A stretch of DNA of 63,795 nt, filler included, from Octopus bimaculoides (lineage: Eukaryota), in NCBI RefSeq assembly GCF_001194135.2. It is 8 parts of 8 records of this genome, joined end to end, with 100 filler letters (N's around TTAATTAATTAA, not from the genome) between each part and the next. Parts side by side here need not be neighbours in the genome. Positions count along the whole stretch, not along the records: positions 1 to 28,946 come from NC_068998.1; 7 more parts are not named here. One strand, given 5' to 3'. Every line of letters starts with the position of its first letter. Positions within the stretch are counted from its first letter, which is position 1. The notes under the pieces were generated by a model. The model did no database searches, was not told the DNA's origin, and saw nothing but the letters and a program-made list of their open reading frames with translations. A program made the position numbers and the translations under genes. This document shows positions 1 to 12,231 of the stretch, piece after piece.

Positions 1-400
1 GGTGTGAGGACTTCGAAAAGGTAGCTATTCCAAAACTCCACCAGAGTTTTGCTTCAGATATTACAAGTGGTCTCCTCGACCCCATAACGTAGGTGCTTCG
101 TCGTGGCCTTCACTGGTTGTGGAGGGAGAAGAGATCTAGGGAGTGGAATTCATTAACACAATTAGTTTGGTGGTGTGGTGTGTGTTTTTATCAACTTACA
201 TTATTTATGTGACTAAATCCAAATTCAAACACTTTGGTGATGGGTGGGCGCGGAATGTTTTGTTCATTTTCAAATACTCTGTGAAATATGTCTAAATAGG
301 TTTTGTGTGAACGTATTGTGTGTGTGTGTGAGTTTTCATGTGACACAGGTGTATAAAGGTCGAACTAGTCTTTTATCATTTCAATGGAAAAATGTTGAAA

Positions 401-510
401 GCGCGTGGCCTAGTGGTTAGAGTGTTAGGTTGACGATCGTTCGGTCATGGGTTCGATTCTTGGTCCTGGCAGTGCGTTAAGTTCTTCTACAAAAAGCTTC
501 ATTTTTACGT
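401..510 (+). mobile_element. tRNA-headed SINE, 5' part (decayed)
   Basis: A-box-like TGGCCTAGTGG and B-box-like GGTTCGATTC, followed by a decayed body; no tRNA 3' acceptor stem. Confidence 0.6.
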
Positions 511-1210
511 ATCTTCAATACAGAAGCTTTAATCTATTTGCTTGCAGAAACCAGGTTTTAAATTTCAGCGATAGGTTGTCTACAGTGGCGTAAATCGATA
601 CCAGTAATTATTTTAGGGTTTGCTTGTTTTATCGATCTCCGCAATCAATCACTGCGCAGATTACTCTAGTAGATTAAAGCTACTTCTTCTTCCTACCCCT
701 TCACATCAAATCTGGAAGATTTGTGGGGATAAAGATGTCTTGACTTTCATTCATAACTCAAATGAATTGAGATTAATTAGAAAAGCAGCGACGATGTTTG
801 AGGTGGGCTGGCTTAAATGGAATCGGTTTTGAATGAGTGTATATATAATATATATATTTATGTGCACACATTAAGATACATACAATCGATGGAACAATTA
901 ACCTTGCTCCCTTCACAGATGGGAATCAATGGCATATTGTTTAATAATGTCAGTTGGAATAATGTGGGGTGGGGAACAGGTGATAGAAAAAAAAACTGGT
1001 TGGAAACACAATTGGTGAAGAGACAGATGGGTGAGAACAGCTCTGTGTACCTGTGTTTTATATACAACAGACGAAGGTGCACAAACAGGTGTACACCTTT
1101 CTAGAAATTCTAACCTGTTCTCTTGTTCTGGAATTGTCCCAAACGCTGGCGTAGTTAATATTCTATAATAGAGCGCTGATAATGACATGAAATACAAGGA
1201 TGGAGGAATA

Positions 1211-1343
1211 TAGCGGTTCGGTAAAAGAGACCGACAGAATAGGTGTCAGGCATTAAAAATAAGAACTGGGGTAGACTTTTTGGACCAAATTCTTCAAGGC
1301 GGTGCTCCAGCATGATCGTAGTCCCATCACTGAAACAGGAATA
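1211..1343 (+). mobile_element. SINE family A (CORE-like octopus SINE), 3' tail
   Basis: Matches the tail of the fuller copies at 5100, 23036 and 37277 (gcggttcgg..aaaagagaccga..gaata..aaggcggtgctccagcatg). Confidence 0.8.
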
Positions 1344-1362
1344 TATATATATATATACATAT

Positions 1363-1493
1363 TTTATTACTTGTTTGTCACTAGACTGCGGCCATGCTGG
1401 GGCACCGCCTCGAAGGGTCTATTCGAACAAATTGACAACGGGACTTATTTTTTTTAAAGCCTTATTCTATCGATCATTTTAGCCGAACCGCTG
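1363..1493 (-). mobile_element. SINE family A, 3' tail, inverted relative to 1211-1343
   Basis: Reverse complement of the same tail (gactgcggccatgctggggcaccgcc...gccgaaccgct). Confidence 0.8.
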
Positions 1494-2653
1494 TGTATGA
1501 TAAAATGCGTTTGCTCATAGAAGTGCTACATTAGTATAATCCAGTTTGTAGTATCTAAAAAGAAAATGGAAAGGAAAAAAACCCATTTTACTCGCGCATA
1601 TGTCTGTGCGCGCGCTAACACACACACACACACACACGCACGTATATGCGCGCGCGCACTGCACCGTCTAATGCAATGACTAGTTGTCTGTAAATATCTG
1701 ACTTAATGAATCCAAATATCCAAATCTCAATCATCACTGAACTGCATATTAACGCGCGTGCACCCACACACGCATAACTACACTCGCACTCACACTTGAT
1801 ATAAGGTTTTCGTTGATTTGTCACAAAAACGCCATCTTTGCTTCCATTTCACTCCACAGGTGTGGTTATGTAAGGCGTTAGGCATGTGAAATTGTGTGTG
1901 TGTATATATATATATATATATACTGTATTAGTGCCATTTTTTTCATCTAGCTATAAACGGGTTATGTAGATATACCAATCTACACCTACCTTCTCTTACG
2001 CCCTCCTTATCAAATGTATGCGACATCAAACTCGCTATATATGTGTATGTGAAAACATGCTCATTCGTATTTATAAGAATGTATACACGTATATATAGAT
2101 GCCAAGAACGGGGGACACACACACACATACAGGGAGGGAGCTCGGTGGAGTTTGGGTTGACTAGCTACCCGGAGTACCTTCAACAAACGGAGCGGTTGTT
2201 GAACCCGACTGATTGAATAGTGAAAATTACCCTCACGGGTATGAATGCTGGGAAAGAAACCAGTTTGACTCTCAGAGATTGTTGGTGAGAAATAGGTTTT
2301 CGGATTAGTCGTTTGTCCCTTACAGTCGTTGAAAAGACACGTTGAAGTGTCGTATACAATGACTTATATAGTGTGGGTAGAATAGCGTCAGCAAAGTGCT
2401 GTTACAATATGTGGCGATCCTTCGATATTGGTCTATTGAATGTCTGTACGAAGAGACGTACGTCATTCACTCTCTTTCAGCCTAGCCTCTTTTATCTGTG
2501 TCCTGACAGAAGGTTTTGTGGGTGAATGACCTTGCGTAGCAATACCGAAGGATTGCCCCCCAATATGCTCTGGCATGGAACGCGTACAGAGATACCCAAT
2601 GTACCCAACTATTGAACGAAAACATTTAAATATTAGGAAATAATTATAATTAT

Positions 2654-2891
2654 TTAATCCTTCATGCGTTTAAACTAGCGATATCCCGCTCAAATATCCT
2701 ACCTGTTTATTGTTCTAACTTGCCTTTCACGTCTACCCTATAATGTCGTTCTAAAACATAAATATTCGCATCATGGAAATCTTAAAGCTACAAGATGGTG
2801 CACGATTACGCATTATCTTGTAGCTTCACACACACGCATAATAAAATACGCTTTACATTAGACAGAGTAATCAGGATATTAAAAGATTGAA
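2654..2891. mobile_element. decayed MITE-like interspersed repeat (possible TTAA-type ends)
   Basis: Degenerate terminal similarity (ttaatccttcatgc ... gatattaaaagattgaa); family recognised from memory of octopus repeats only. Confidence 0.4.
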
Positions 2892-2899
2892 GGAATATA

Positions 2900-3400
2900 A
2901 TTAGTTTAGATGAGATGCAATTCAGCGTTACTGTTCACGGCCTCTTCCCAATGAGTCTTTTTACTACGCGAGAAACTCTTAGCTCAGAATTAATAACTGT
3001 TAATTTAGAGGTTTTTGACGGGGTGATGTGTACTACACTGTATAGTCGGGTGGTCTTCAACTGAACTTAGTAAAGGTGAATAGATTATGAGCGCCGTTTA
3101 AGCAGTGTTCTGAGGTATAAGTTAGTTAGCGGAGTTGGATTTGGCTGAGAGTACAGCAAGAAATCTAGTGATGCATTCGGGTGTGCACCATGGCTCGCTT
3201 TTTTTGACCACTTTTGTTAATCACAATTTCTCAGATAACAGTAGTTTGAAATGGTTGTCTGTGAGAACTCCTGTATGTCAGCGACCTAGTTCTCCTTGAC
3301 GGGAATTCTAGTCGAGATAGGTTGAAGATACTCTAAACGGCTTGGAAACGAGGAGCATCGAAGTAAATTTGGTAAAGACAGAAGTTCTAGTCTACAAAAG
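2900..3400 (+). mobile_element. highly decayed RTE-group LINE reverse transcriptase fragment
   Basis: RT motifs in the correct order across frameshifts and stops: SLDEMQF (2903-2923), GVHHGS (3180-3197), PLLLITI, ELLYVSDLVLL (3265-3297; YADD decayed to YVSD), NGLETRSIEVNLVKTEVLV (3336-3392). Confidence 0.8.
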
Positions 3401-4505
3401 TTACATAGGTCTACAAATTTACACTTGCTTTCCAACTAGTGCAATATTTGACGTTTACTAAAACACCAAAATATGCATTAAACACTGCCTACCTGTCTGT
3501 ATTCTCACACACACACACACGTGTTTGTTTTCAAACTAAAGAAAATAGCATTCAATACTTGGTGTACGGTATACATTCGATAAGAAAACAAGTTGGTGAT
3601 TCACTAGATATTGTGACTGATCACATGGGTGTTTTTCTGTGACAATCCACGCACCCAAACTTGAATGAATGCATGTCATAAAAGATGCTTTGGCATTTCG
3701 ATATGCCAGCTCACCAACCACACAAACGTTCATGAAGTAACTGTCACCTTTTTCATATTAAGGCATATTTGGTTTTCATCTTCAGTTCGATATAAGAAAG
3801 TGTTTCAACACCTAAACAGACTTAAAGGATATACTCCAGGTGACAAGTTTAAAATATCTACAATCTTGAGTCCGACAAAATATACATTCCCGAAGAGCCA
3901 AACCATAAGCGAAACAAAATATATTTTGTCGGACTAATGATTATGATGGATTAAATATTATAGACACTATATCATTTACTATATACATATTTCTATTTAC
4001 ATATATATATAATGTGTGTACACGCATTTATATATATATATGTGTGTGTGTGCGCGCGCACACACACAAACATATTGCAGTCTCTCCACATGGAAAAAGA
4101 AAAAGAAAAGCTGTCGTAGCGGAAGTTGTAATCTAATGTATCAATTCCAGCGGAAGTAACGTAATCTGTACCAACCCACACGAAAGGCTTTCTCGAATTA
4201 TGTAATGGTTTTAGTTGATGTGGCTATTATTGTCTGTGTGTGTGTGCGTGCGTGCTCCTTTAACTGTTATGTGACTACTTGATATGTGAATGCGTTTGTA
4301 GTTTGAATACCTATATGTATCGTGTTGATATGGCTACTGCTTGTGTATGTATTGTCCCTCCGTAACGTTTTAGTTAGGTTGGCTACTTGCATCTGAATGT
4401 GTATGAAGTTGGCTGTCTGGCTTACTACCTCTCTTTCTCTCTCATTCATGTGTGTGTGTGTGCGTACGGAATAGCCTTTTCCATCACCACCACCACTACA
4501 GGGCC

Positions 4506-4546
<41 letters not shown>

Positions 4547-4770
4547 TAGATACACACAATAAAAACTATATCTAGTCATTTCTTTGTATTTTATTGTTTG
4601 TAGTGCATTTATTGTTTATTTATAAGCTTTGTATCTTCGTCTCTCAATCCCCCCTCCCATATTGCCGAGCACCATTCATAAAGAAGCGATAAAATTATGA
4701 ATGACCACATATGTGCGTGCGTGCGTGTGTGTATGCGTTGTCTGTAATAGTATTTTATTATCCAGGTTAT

Positions 4771-4784
4771 CCAGTAGAGGGCGC
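4771..4784 (+). promoter_or_regulatory. CTCF-core-like motif
   Basis: CCAGTAGAGGGCGC fits CCASYAGRKGGCRS at all 14 positions; no functional evidence. Confidence 0.35.
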
Positions 4785-5099
4785 AATCTCCACTTAATAA
4801 TTACTCTATTTCTTAGTGCCTTTGTGTCTGTATGAATGTTTAATTTATGCCCGTGTATTTTATGTATGTACTTCGTATACACGTACACATAAACGCATGC
4901 ATGCAAACAGGCACACACACACACGCATGACTTACATTCAAGATCAAATTAAAGCCAGAGGCGGTTCTATTGTATATATATTATAAATGGAGGTTAAATT
5001 AAGAACCTGAATTATAAAAATATCTTTTTATAGATCCAGCTGCAGATCTGACAGATTAATGAATATAGATAATCTAGCAATGGGCAGGAAGGGTGGTTT

Positions 5100-5470
5100 A
5101 TCTAACAAACAGTAGGTTTTTTTTATAAGAGGTTCGTTTCCCAACCACATGGTTCCCGGTTCAATCCCACTGCGCAACACCTTCGGTAAGTGTCCTCTAT
5201 TTGACGACCAAGATACCTTGTGAGTGGATCTGGAAGACGGAAACTGAAAGAAGCCCATCGTGCAATGTGTGTGTGAGAGTTTTTGTCCCCTCCAACTGCT
5301 TGACAACTGGTGTTGATGTTCGACCCCTTAATCTAGCGGCTCGGCAAAATGAGATTGATAGAATAAGTATCAGGCTTTAAAAATAAACTCTGGTGTCGAT
5401 TTTTGCAATTAAAACCCTTCAAGGCGATGCCCCAGCCTGGCCAAAGTCTAATGATTGAAGTAAATAAAAT
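5100..5470 (+). mobile_element. SINE family A, near full length
   Basis: tRNA-like head (ccaaccacatggttcccggttcaatcccactgcg), CORE-like accttcggtaagtgtc, body gagtggatctggaagacggaaactgaaagaagccc, and the shared tail. Confidence 0.85.
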
Positions 5471-6399
5471 AATAATAGCTTAAAAAGCTGAATATTTATT
5501 TGGACAGGTGACGCATTTGAGAGACATTTACAAAGTTAAACCTGAAAGACAATTGCTGTATGAATTTTTAAAGGTGGACCCTTTCTCTATATAGATTCCG
5601 GTTAATTTTTTAAACCAAACGTAAAAACAAAATATTTAGTGTGGGGTCCCTGAAAATGTGGGGCCCTGTTGAATATTCCACTCTTGCTAATAGATTAAAA
5701 CTTGCACTGAAGTGGATTGGAGTTTGTATGTATGACAAAGCATGTTTACATTTAGTTAGATCATCTAACGTATATTTCATTAACCTAACGTGATTGCTAG
5801 TTACATAAGCAAGACTTGCTGTCAAATCGTCAGACTTGCTGACAAATCGTCCATTTCCATCCACATTTTTTTTAAATGGACGTGGGCAAGGATGACAAAA
5901 ATGAGTGATAAAGACTAGAAACACTTGACTCTGATTTAGTTCCTGTTTTTTTTTTTTTTTTTTTCTATTTCTGGAATAGACTGGCCTGTGTTCTGCTCTC
6001 CATCGTAAATCAGTCCTAAATGCATCCCTCTTCGAATCTTTCCAGCTTTAGGACAAAATCTTCACTTATTTCCAACGATTGTCCAGTGTTGGTCATTATG
6101 TGTTGCCTTGAGTCGTCATAATAAAAATAATTAATCTTATTGTTAATAATCATTGGTGGGATTGGTTGACTCAGGAAGGAAACTGGACAGAGTACTTTGT
6201 TCTGTTTAGAACAACCTTCCTTTTGTCTATCCAGGAGAATTATTTCTCTCTTCCTCTCTCTGTATTTTCTCACATCACAGGGACCCGGACAACTGCAACT
6301 TCATTGTTTCTTCCTGCAGCACTAAACATAGAAGTTAACTTGCTCCCACTTATCTGGAGATACCATTTCCACGTATGGTTATAGGAACTAAACTACACT

Positions 6400-6610
6400 A
6401 TGGTACTTAAGGTGGACTGTACCTCTCTGTGAAATCTACTTATAGCTACATGTACTGGTCCATCCTTTGGAAACTGGTGGTGGACTGTACCTCTGTACGG
6501 TACCTACTTATAACTCTATGGACTGTACCATGCTGTGGTGCCTACATACAGCTATATAGACTGCACCATATTCTGTACCTAGTTGCAGTTAAAGGACTGT
6601 ACCACAATGT
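6400..6610 (+). repeat. degenerate ~36-38 bp minisatellite with core GGACTGTACC
   Basis: Core at 6414, 6482, 6520, 6558 (AGACTGCACC) and 6594; the intervening sequences resemble each other. Confidence 0.7.
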
Positions 6611-6899
6611 AGTACTTAATTACAACTAGGTATTTGGGAATGTTATTGATGGTTGTGAAGAACCTGCAAAGCTATCATCTAATGAAGCTGAGAGGCCCAA
6701 TCTTCCCTCATCATTTACCCCCGTCATCCGCCAACTTAGTGCCCCCTCCCTCTCTTCCCTGTTCTTTGATATTGCTCAAACAGCTTTATCAACTTCGTAT
6801 ACTTTTATGAAGACGTTTTTCCATGCGTGACCATCCACCAGAAGTATAGTGTCATTTTTACATGACCAAACCTCTGCATTTTCCATAACATAGTCTTTT

Positions 6900-7085
6900 T
6901 TTTTATCCTATTTGCTTGTGTCATTGGACTGTAGTCATGCTGGAGCACCGCATTAAAGGGTTTAGTCGAGCAAATTGACCCCCAGTATTTACTTTTTTTT
7001 AAAGTTTGGTACCTATGTTCTATCGGTCGCTTTTGCCAAACTGCCAGGTTATAGAAATTTGAACAAAGACGTACACCCAGTCATA
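6900..7085 (-). mobile_element. SINE family A, 3' part
   Basis: gtcatgctggagcaccgc...ttagtcgagcaaattgacccc...tctatcggtcgcttttgcc is the reverse complement of the family tail. Confidence 0.8.
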
Positions 7086-7104
7086 ACCAGTCATATATTT
7101 AGTG

Positions 7105-7290
7105 CAAATTTACAGAAAACAAAAGATGAAGACAGGTGAGGGAACACCAAGCAGGTGTATTAGTTAAACGCTTGGGAAGAATGGAGAAGTCTTCGACGTT
7201 TCGAACCTACGCTCTTCGACGAAAAAGGTTGAGAGGAAATTTTAAAAATGGAGAGAAAGAAATGTGAAGGAATTAACGGTTCAACATGAT
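7105..7290 (-). mobile_element. Penelope-derived short repeat with degenerate hammerhead motif
   Basis: Minus strand tcgtcgaagagcgtaggttcgaaacgtcgaagac..gcgtttaactaatac matches the copy at 54215-54365, but the CTGANGA core is mutated. Confidence 0.55.
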
Positions 7291-7312
7291 GGACTGACCG
7301 GAATGCGTATAT

Positions 7313-7351
<39 letters not shown>

Positions 7352-8266
7352 CAGATGTGTACGAATATGTATTTGTATATACATGTTTATGTACGTGCAT
7401 ATATACATATCTGTATATACATGCATACAGACAGACAGATGGATGTAATAATGCATTACACCTAATGCACCGTACAATGTACACAATGAAATATATTTTA
7501 TTAATGATCATCATCATCGTCGTCGTCGCCATCATGGTGATGTGGAATGATGATGTATGAGGCGGTCTGTCTGTCTGTCCCCCCCCCCCCTCTCCACCAC
7601 TACCAGCACCGCTCTTTGCTTGGCAGTCTATCAATCTATCTTCTACCGACTTCCTTCTTCTAATCACTACCTTTGCCTACCTCTCTCATCTTCTCCTCCT
7701 CCTCCTCCTCTCCTCGCTTGTCTGCCAAGCGAAGCTTTTGCACTTTCATTGAGAAAGAAAATACAACAGATGGATTTTAACTGGGGAAACTCCAGTTTTC
7801 TAGTCATACTACTTAGTGGTGGCGGTGGTGGTGGTGGTTTTTGGAGGAGGCAGTATAGGAAGCTTAGCAATTCCGGCTGCTGATTCTATATTCGTTTTTA
7901 TTATTATTATTATTATTAGCTGCTGCTTGCCTGTCTGTCTGTGTGCGATGGTGTGTTGGTTTGGGTGTATGAGAGATTATAGGGCTTTTGCATATTATTT
8001 CCTATCACGACTCTGCTGCTACTACTACTACTACTACTACTACTACCACTACCACCATCACCGCCGCCGCCGCTACTACCACCAACCCCATTCATCAAAA
8101 AACAGCTTGCATTCCTCACATTTCTAATGTCACGCTTTGCCTCTAACGATCTGACGTGTGTGTGTGTGTGTTGTACTTGTTCGTGTGTTTATGTAAGCTG
8201 TCTGTGCGTATGTTTATGCAGCTGTTTCCTTGCACTGTAAGGTGCGTTCGCGCCCGCGCCTGCGTG

Positions 8267-8297
<31 letters not shown>

Positions 8298-8841
8298 GGT
8301 TATGTAGTTACATGTGTGTTGTATATCGTATATGAGTTATGTACTGTACACGTGTGTGTATGTGCGTATATTGTTCAATGCATTGCACGCACGTGTCTGT
8401 ATCCGTCTGTAAATGTATGTCCAAATACTGGACTTCGAAATATATATATATATATATTTAGCCCTAGGCTTGCCTTCAAGTGGATTTCTGATCAAAGATG
8501 TTCAACTATGACCATTTTGGCGGCAGACACACACACAAACACACTTGGCAGTGCATTCACCCAGTTTTTTTTAAGAGACTAAGGTATGATCGGGGGGAAG
8601 AGTTAGCTGTTAAATTTAGCACGTCTAGCTTATTATACATTGAAACTGCCCTCGTTTGTTGCTACTGGTGTTTATAGTGGCTGCTGTTTAGCTTTGATCC
8701 ACTGGCAACTATGATCAAAAACCTTCCAACTGTGACCATCCTGATTATGATTATATATACATGTATATGTGTGTGTGTGTCTGTATATATACATATATAC
8801 ATATATGCAAATATATATATATACACATATGCATACATAAA

Positions 8842-8878
<37 letters not shown>

Positions 8879-10672
8879 CAGACTGCATTGTCTTATTAAG
8901 ACTGGGTGGTACGAGGGGTATTTAGCTGTTATTTTTACCAAAAAAGGGCTCCTTTGCTGCAGGTGGTGGTGGTAGTACCAGCAATATTAGTCATGGTGCT
9001 GGCAATAGTAATTTTAAGGCTAACATGATAAAGGTGGTGGTGGTAGTAGTATGGGTGGTGGTAGTAATAGTAGTAGTATGGGTGGTGATGGTAGTAGTAG
9101 TAATGGTAGTAGTATGGGTGGTGGTGGTGGTAGTAGTAGTATGGGTGGTGGTGGTAGTAGTAGTATGGGTGGTGGTGGTGGTGGTAGTATGGGTGGTGGT
9201 AATACAGATGCTATAATTGCTGAAATGGTGTTGCACTTGATGCAGTAGTAATGGTGGAGATGGCGGTGTACCCATGTGACAGCCGCGTCTCGCTTCACTA
9301 CCATATATGGTAATAACAGAACACCTTTCCAACCCTTCCACTCATCTCATCAGTCATTAGTTTATTTCTACCATGTCAATGTACGCGCGCGCGCCAAGAT
9401 GGACGATGCCTGCGCGCGTGCGTGTGTGTGTGTGTCTGGATAGGGGAAAGAAAGAGGGTAGCGAATTTTCCCAGCACCTCTCTCCCTCTCCCTCTCTTCC
9501 TTTCTATATATATGCACTTTCGCGCTCTCTGTAGCTTCTGCGTTCTTACAAACTGTGCAATGCAGTATACACACACTCACACACTGTATACATGCACTTA
9601 TTTTGTGCACACGCATGCACAGGTTTTTATAAAGTGCATATCTTGTGGTGCAGTATAATTTACACATGCATGGCGCATTTTGTAATGCAGTTTGCACATC
9701 GACACACCTTGCAAGGTAGCATGAATACAGACTATTGTGTATGCATCACTTAATCCAGATGCACACATATATATATATATATACATATGTATATATTCAT
9801 ACATGTGTGTATATATGTATATATTTGTGTATATATATTATATATTTGTGCATATATATTTATATATTTGTGTGTGTATGGATCTATTTCTGTATACATA
9901 TGTATGTTGTATATGTATGTGTCTATATGTGTACATGTCCATATATTTGTGTACATGTGTGTATATATTTTTGTGTACATATGTATGTGTATATATATTT
10001 TTGTGTGTATATGTGTGTTTGTTGAGTATAATCTGCTATATTGTTAGACATCGCAACATAACAATCGATATACAACCAACTACTGCATGCACACACATAG
10101 TGAGTGCATATAGCATGTTAATTCAAATTGTGTTGTGGTGCATATGTACATGTGTGCATATATGTATGTACAGATTCGGTTATGCTCTACCGAAATCAGT
10201 TTGTGATTAAGAACAGTCACCTTATCAGAATAGGGTGCATCTTTGAAATATAATTAGAAAGAAACCCTAAAATTCTCAAGACCCCCAGCTTTAAACTCCA
10301 AGACCTGGTAGATTTTGATAATATATACAGGTGTATATATGTTTGTGTGTGTATAAATTTAGATACATGGTTGTGTATGTTTCCATATAAATTTAGAAAC
10401 TTGGGGAACACGAAATACTTTTTGGGAACGGTGAATCTGAAAGCACATAAAGCTATATATATATATATATATATTTCTGTGTAAATATTGGGTTTGAAAA
10501 TTTCTTTAATAGGGATTGTGGGGGGGAAAGGTCGAAGGGTGCCTATTGGACTTGAATTCACATCTATATACATGACAGATGCTCTACTATTGGACCAAAT
10601 GTAATATATATATACATGTATTTGTGTGTGTATGTGATATTTGTACTAAGTTTTCTTTCTTTTCTTTTGCAG

Positions 10673-10770
10673 GAGGTTATACAACATTCAAAACCATCTT
10701 TCCCCGGTTGTGCATAGCGGAACGAGTTTTACTGGACAGTTACCTTGACAAACCATCCACCAGCTACTTG
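10673..10770 (+). CDS. DUSP1: MAP kinase phosphatase (DUSP1/2/4/5 class), internal coding exon: end of rhodanese domain plus linker
   Basis: Polypyrimidine tract with TGCAG acceptor and GTAGGT donor; 98 nt, phase 1 to phase 0; (G)GYTTFKTIFPRLCIAERVLLDSYLDKPSTSYL resembles DUSP1 GGYEAFSASCPELC. Confidence 0.8.
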
Positions 10771-11500
10771 GTAGGTACTATTATACTGCACTTGGTACTA
10801 GGCATCACTGCCATCAACACCATCATTATTTATCATTGATCACACCGCCACTACCACCATGAGCATCGTCCTCATCATCATCATCCTCATCATTATCATC
10901 ATCATAGTCTTCCTTGCTGACAGTCGTTACACAGTTTCTTGATAAGCTAGAAATAGCAGCCAAATTTCTTTCATCACCCCAAGGAATGATATTTATTGGA
11001 TAAGGTGGTGTTATATGATTGACTTAGGATGGTCATGGTTTGGAATGTCTTAGATCATAAGCTGACCAGCCTTCTCCTCTCTTTTCTTTTTCTCTGAGGA
11101 TCTATAGCCATTTGACTTCACCATAACTTTTCATGTCTGCCTAAGTCTACCTTTCCTTCTTGAGCACCTTCCAGCGCCTTCAGCATCTGCCACATAGGTA
11201 CAATCCATTCATCTTGCATTCACGTGTCCCTTAAAACAGCCTCCCCCACTTTCTGTCCCCCCCAACACCCATCAACTGAAGTCTTTGGCACTTAGCATTG
11301 TGTACTGGGTGCTTTTTACATGGCACCAGAAAACAAGAGAAAAATGGTCTTATCTCTACACTAACCTAGACTGGACTCAAATGGGGCTGTTGTTAAATGA
11401 TCAATACTTGACCAATATTAATGTGACCAAAGTCTTCTGAAATTCTATTCATATTTCATGTTGCCTGTATTAAGTTGTTTTCTCGTTTTCTTCCTTCCAG

Positions 11501-11720
11501 GTTCATCCTGTAGAAATTCTTTCCCATGTGTTTTTGGGTGACCACTGTCATGCTCGAAACATCGATCTGTTGAAGAAACTTGGAATGACTGCTGTCATCA
11601 ATGTGTCCAGTTCCTGCAACAACTACTTCCCCAACGATTTCCGTTATTTGACCATTCCAGTTGAAGACTCTCAATATGCAGATTTGTCATCCTGGTTCCA
11701 ACAAGCCATCACATTTATTG
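11501..11720 (+). CDS. DUSP1: MAP kinase phosphatase, catalytic-domain exon A
   Basis: ttccttccag acceptor and GTATGT donor; 220 nt, phase 0 to phase 1; VHPVEILSHVFLG...TAVINVS...YLTIPVEDSQYADLSSWFQQAITFI includes the general-acid Asp (VED). Confidence 0.95.
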
Positions 11721-11908
11721 GTATGTACAACGACTGCACTCTGGCTGCATGTTGCTCTGTGTGTGTGTGTGTGTGTGTGTAAATCCATGTCTGTATGTGT
11801 CTGGCACTAAATATGTGTGTGTATATATAGATATCAATGTATGGATAGATATCTGTATGTATTTGTAGATGAATGTATTTGTGAGTCTGTTGCTAGATAT
11901 GTGTCTGC

Positions 11909-11943
<35 letters not shown>

Positions 11944-11964
11944 TATACCTGTGCTGGAGTCATG

Positions 11965-12118
11965 TAAGAAGCACTCAGTGCATTTTGTAAGATGGTTGAC
12001 ATTGGGAAAGGCATCCAGCCATAGAAACAATACTAAAACAGGTAATTGGAGCCTGGGCAGCTCTCCAGCTGACCGGCTTCTGCCAAACTGTCCAACCCAT
12101 GGTCAACATGTGTATGTG
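11965..12118 (+). mobile_element. RTE-tail-like short repeat in the last DUSP intron
   Basis: gatggttgacattgggaaaggcatccagccatagaaac...tgtccaacccatg; a related tail ending atgatgatg lies at ~18300-18427. Confidence 0.55.
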
Positions 12119-12231
12119 TCGGTAGATGTATGAGTGTACATGTTTCTTCTCCCATTTACATTTTTCGTATTTAGTAGACCAAAAATATGAACTGGCAATA
12201 TATTTACCTTCCTTTCATTTATTCTTTTCAG

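Noticed and set aside
5610-6273. Two protein-like minus-strand ORFs (104 and 85 aa)
   Set aside because: No recognisable homology or convincing splice sites. The region contains a 20-bp tandem duplication (5812-5851) and a transposon-end-like ggggccc segment, so it is probably decayed repeat.
6400-6610. CRISPR-like look: a 10-bp repeat with ~27-nt spacers
   Set aside because: The spacers resemble each other, the repeat is too short, there are no cas genes and the context is eukaryotic; it is a degenerate minisatellite.
7281-7667. MIRRRKSVEDRLIDCQ resembling KIM/DCR words
   Set aside because: Wrong strand for the DUSP gene, motifs in the wrong order, and embedded in low-complexity sequence.
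8268-8582. ORF with SVNV and QFFLR, superficially like the DUSP1 rhodanese domain
   Set aside because: No GT donor after FFLR-G; the nearby donor has an in-frame stop before it; the rest is microsatellite-derived.
9535-9715. Candidate upstream DUSP exon (tag acceptor, open frame, ends ..HTLQG in phase 1, giving LQG|GY)
   Set aside because: The peptide is TA/CA-repeat-like with no rhodanese or KIM motifs, and the donor GTAGCA is weak; probably chance, though worth a glance in RNA-seq.
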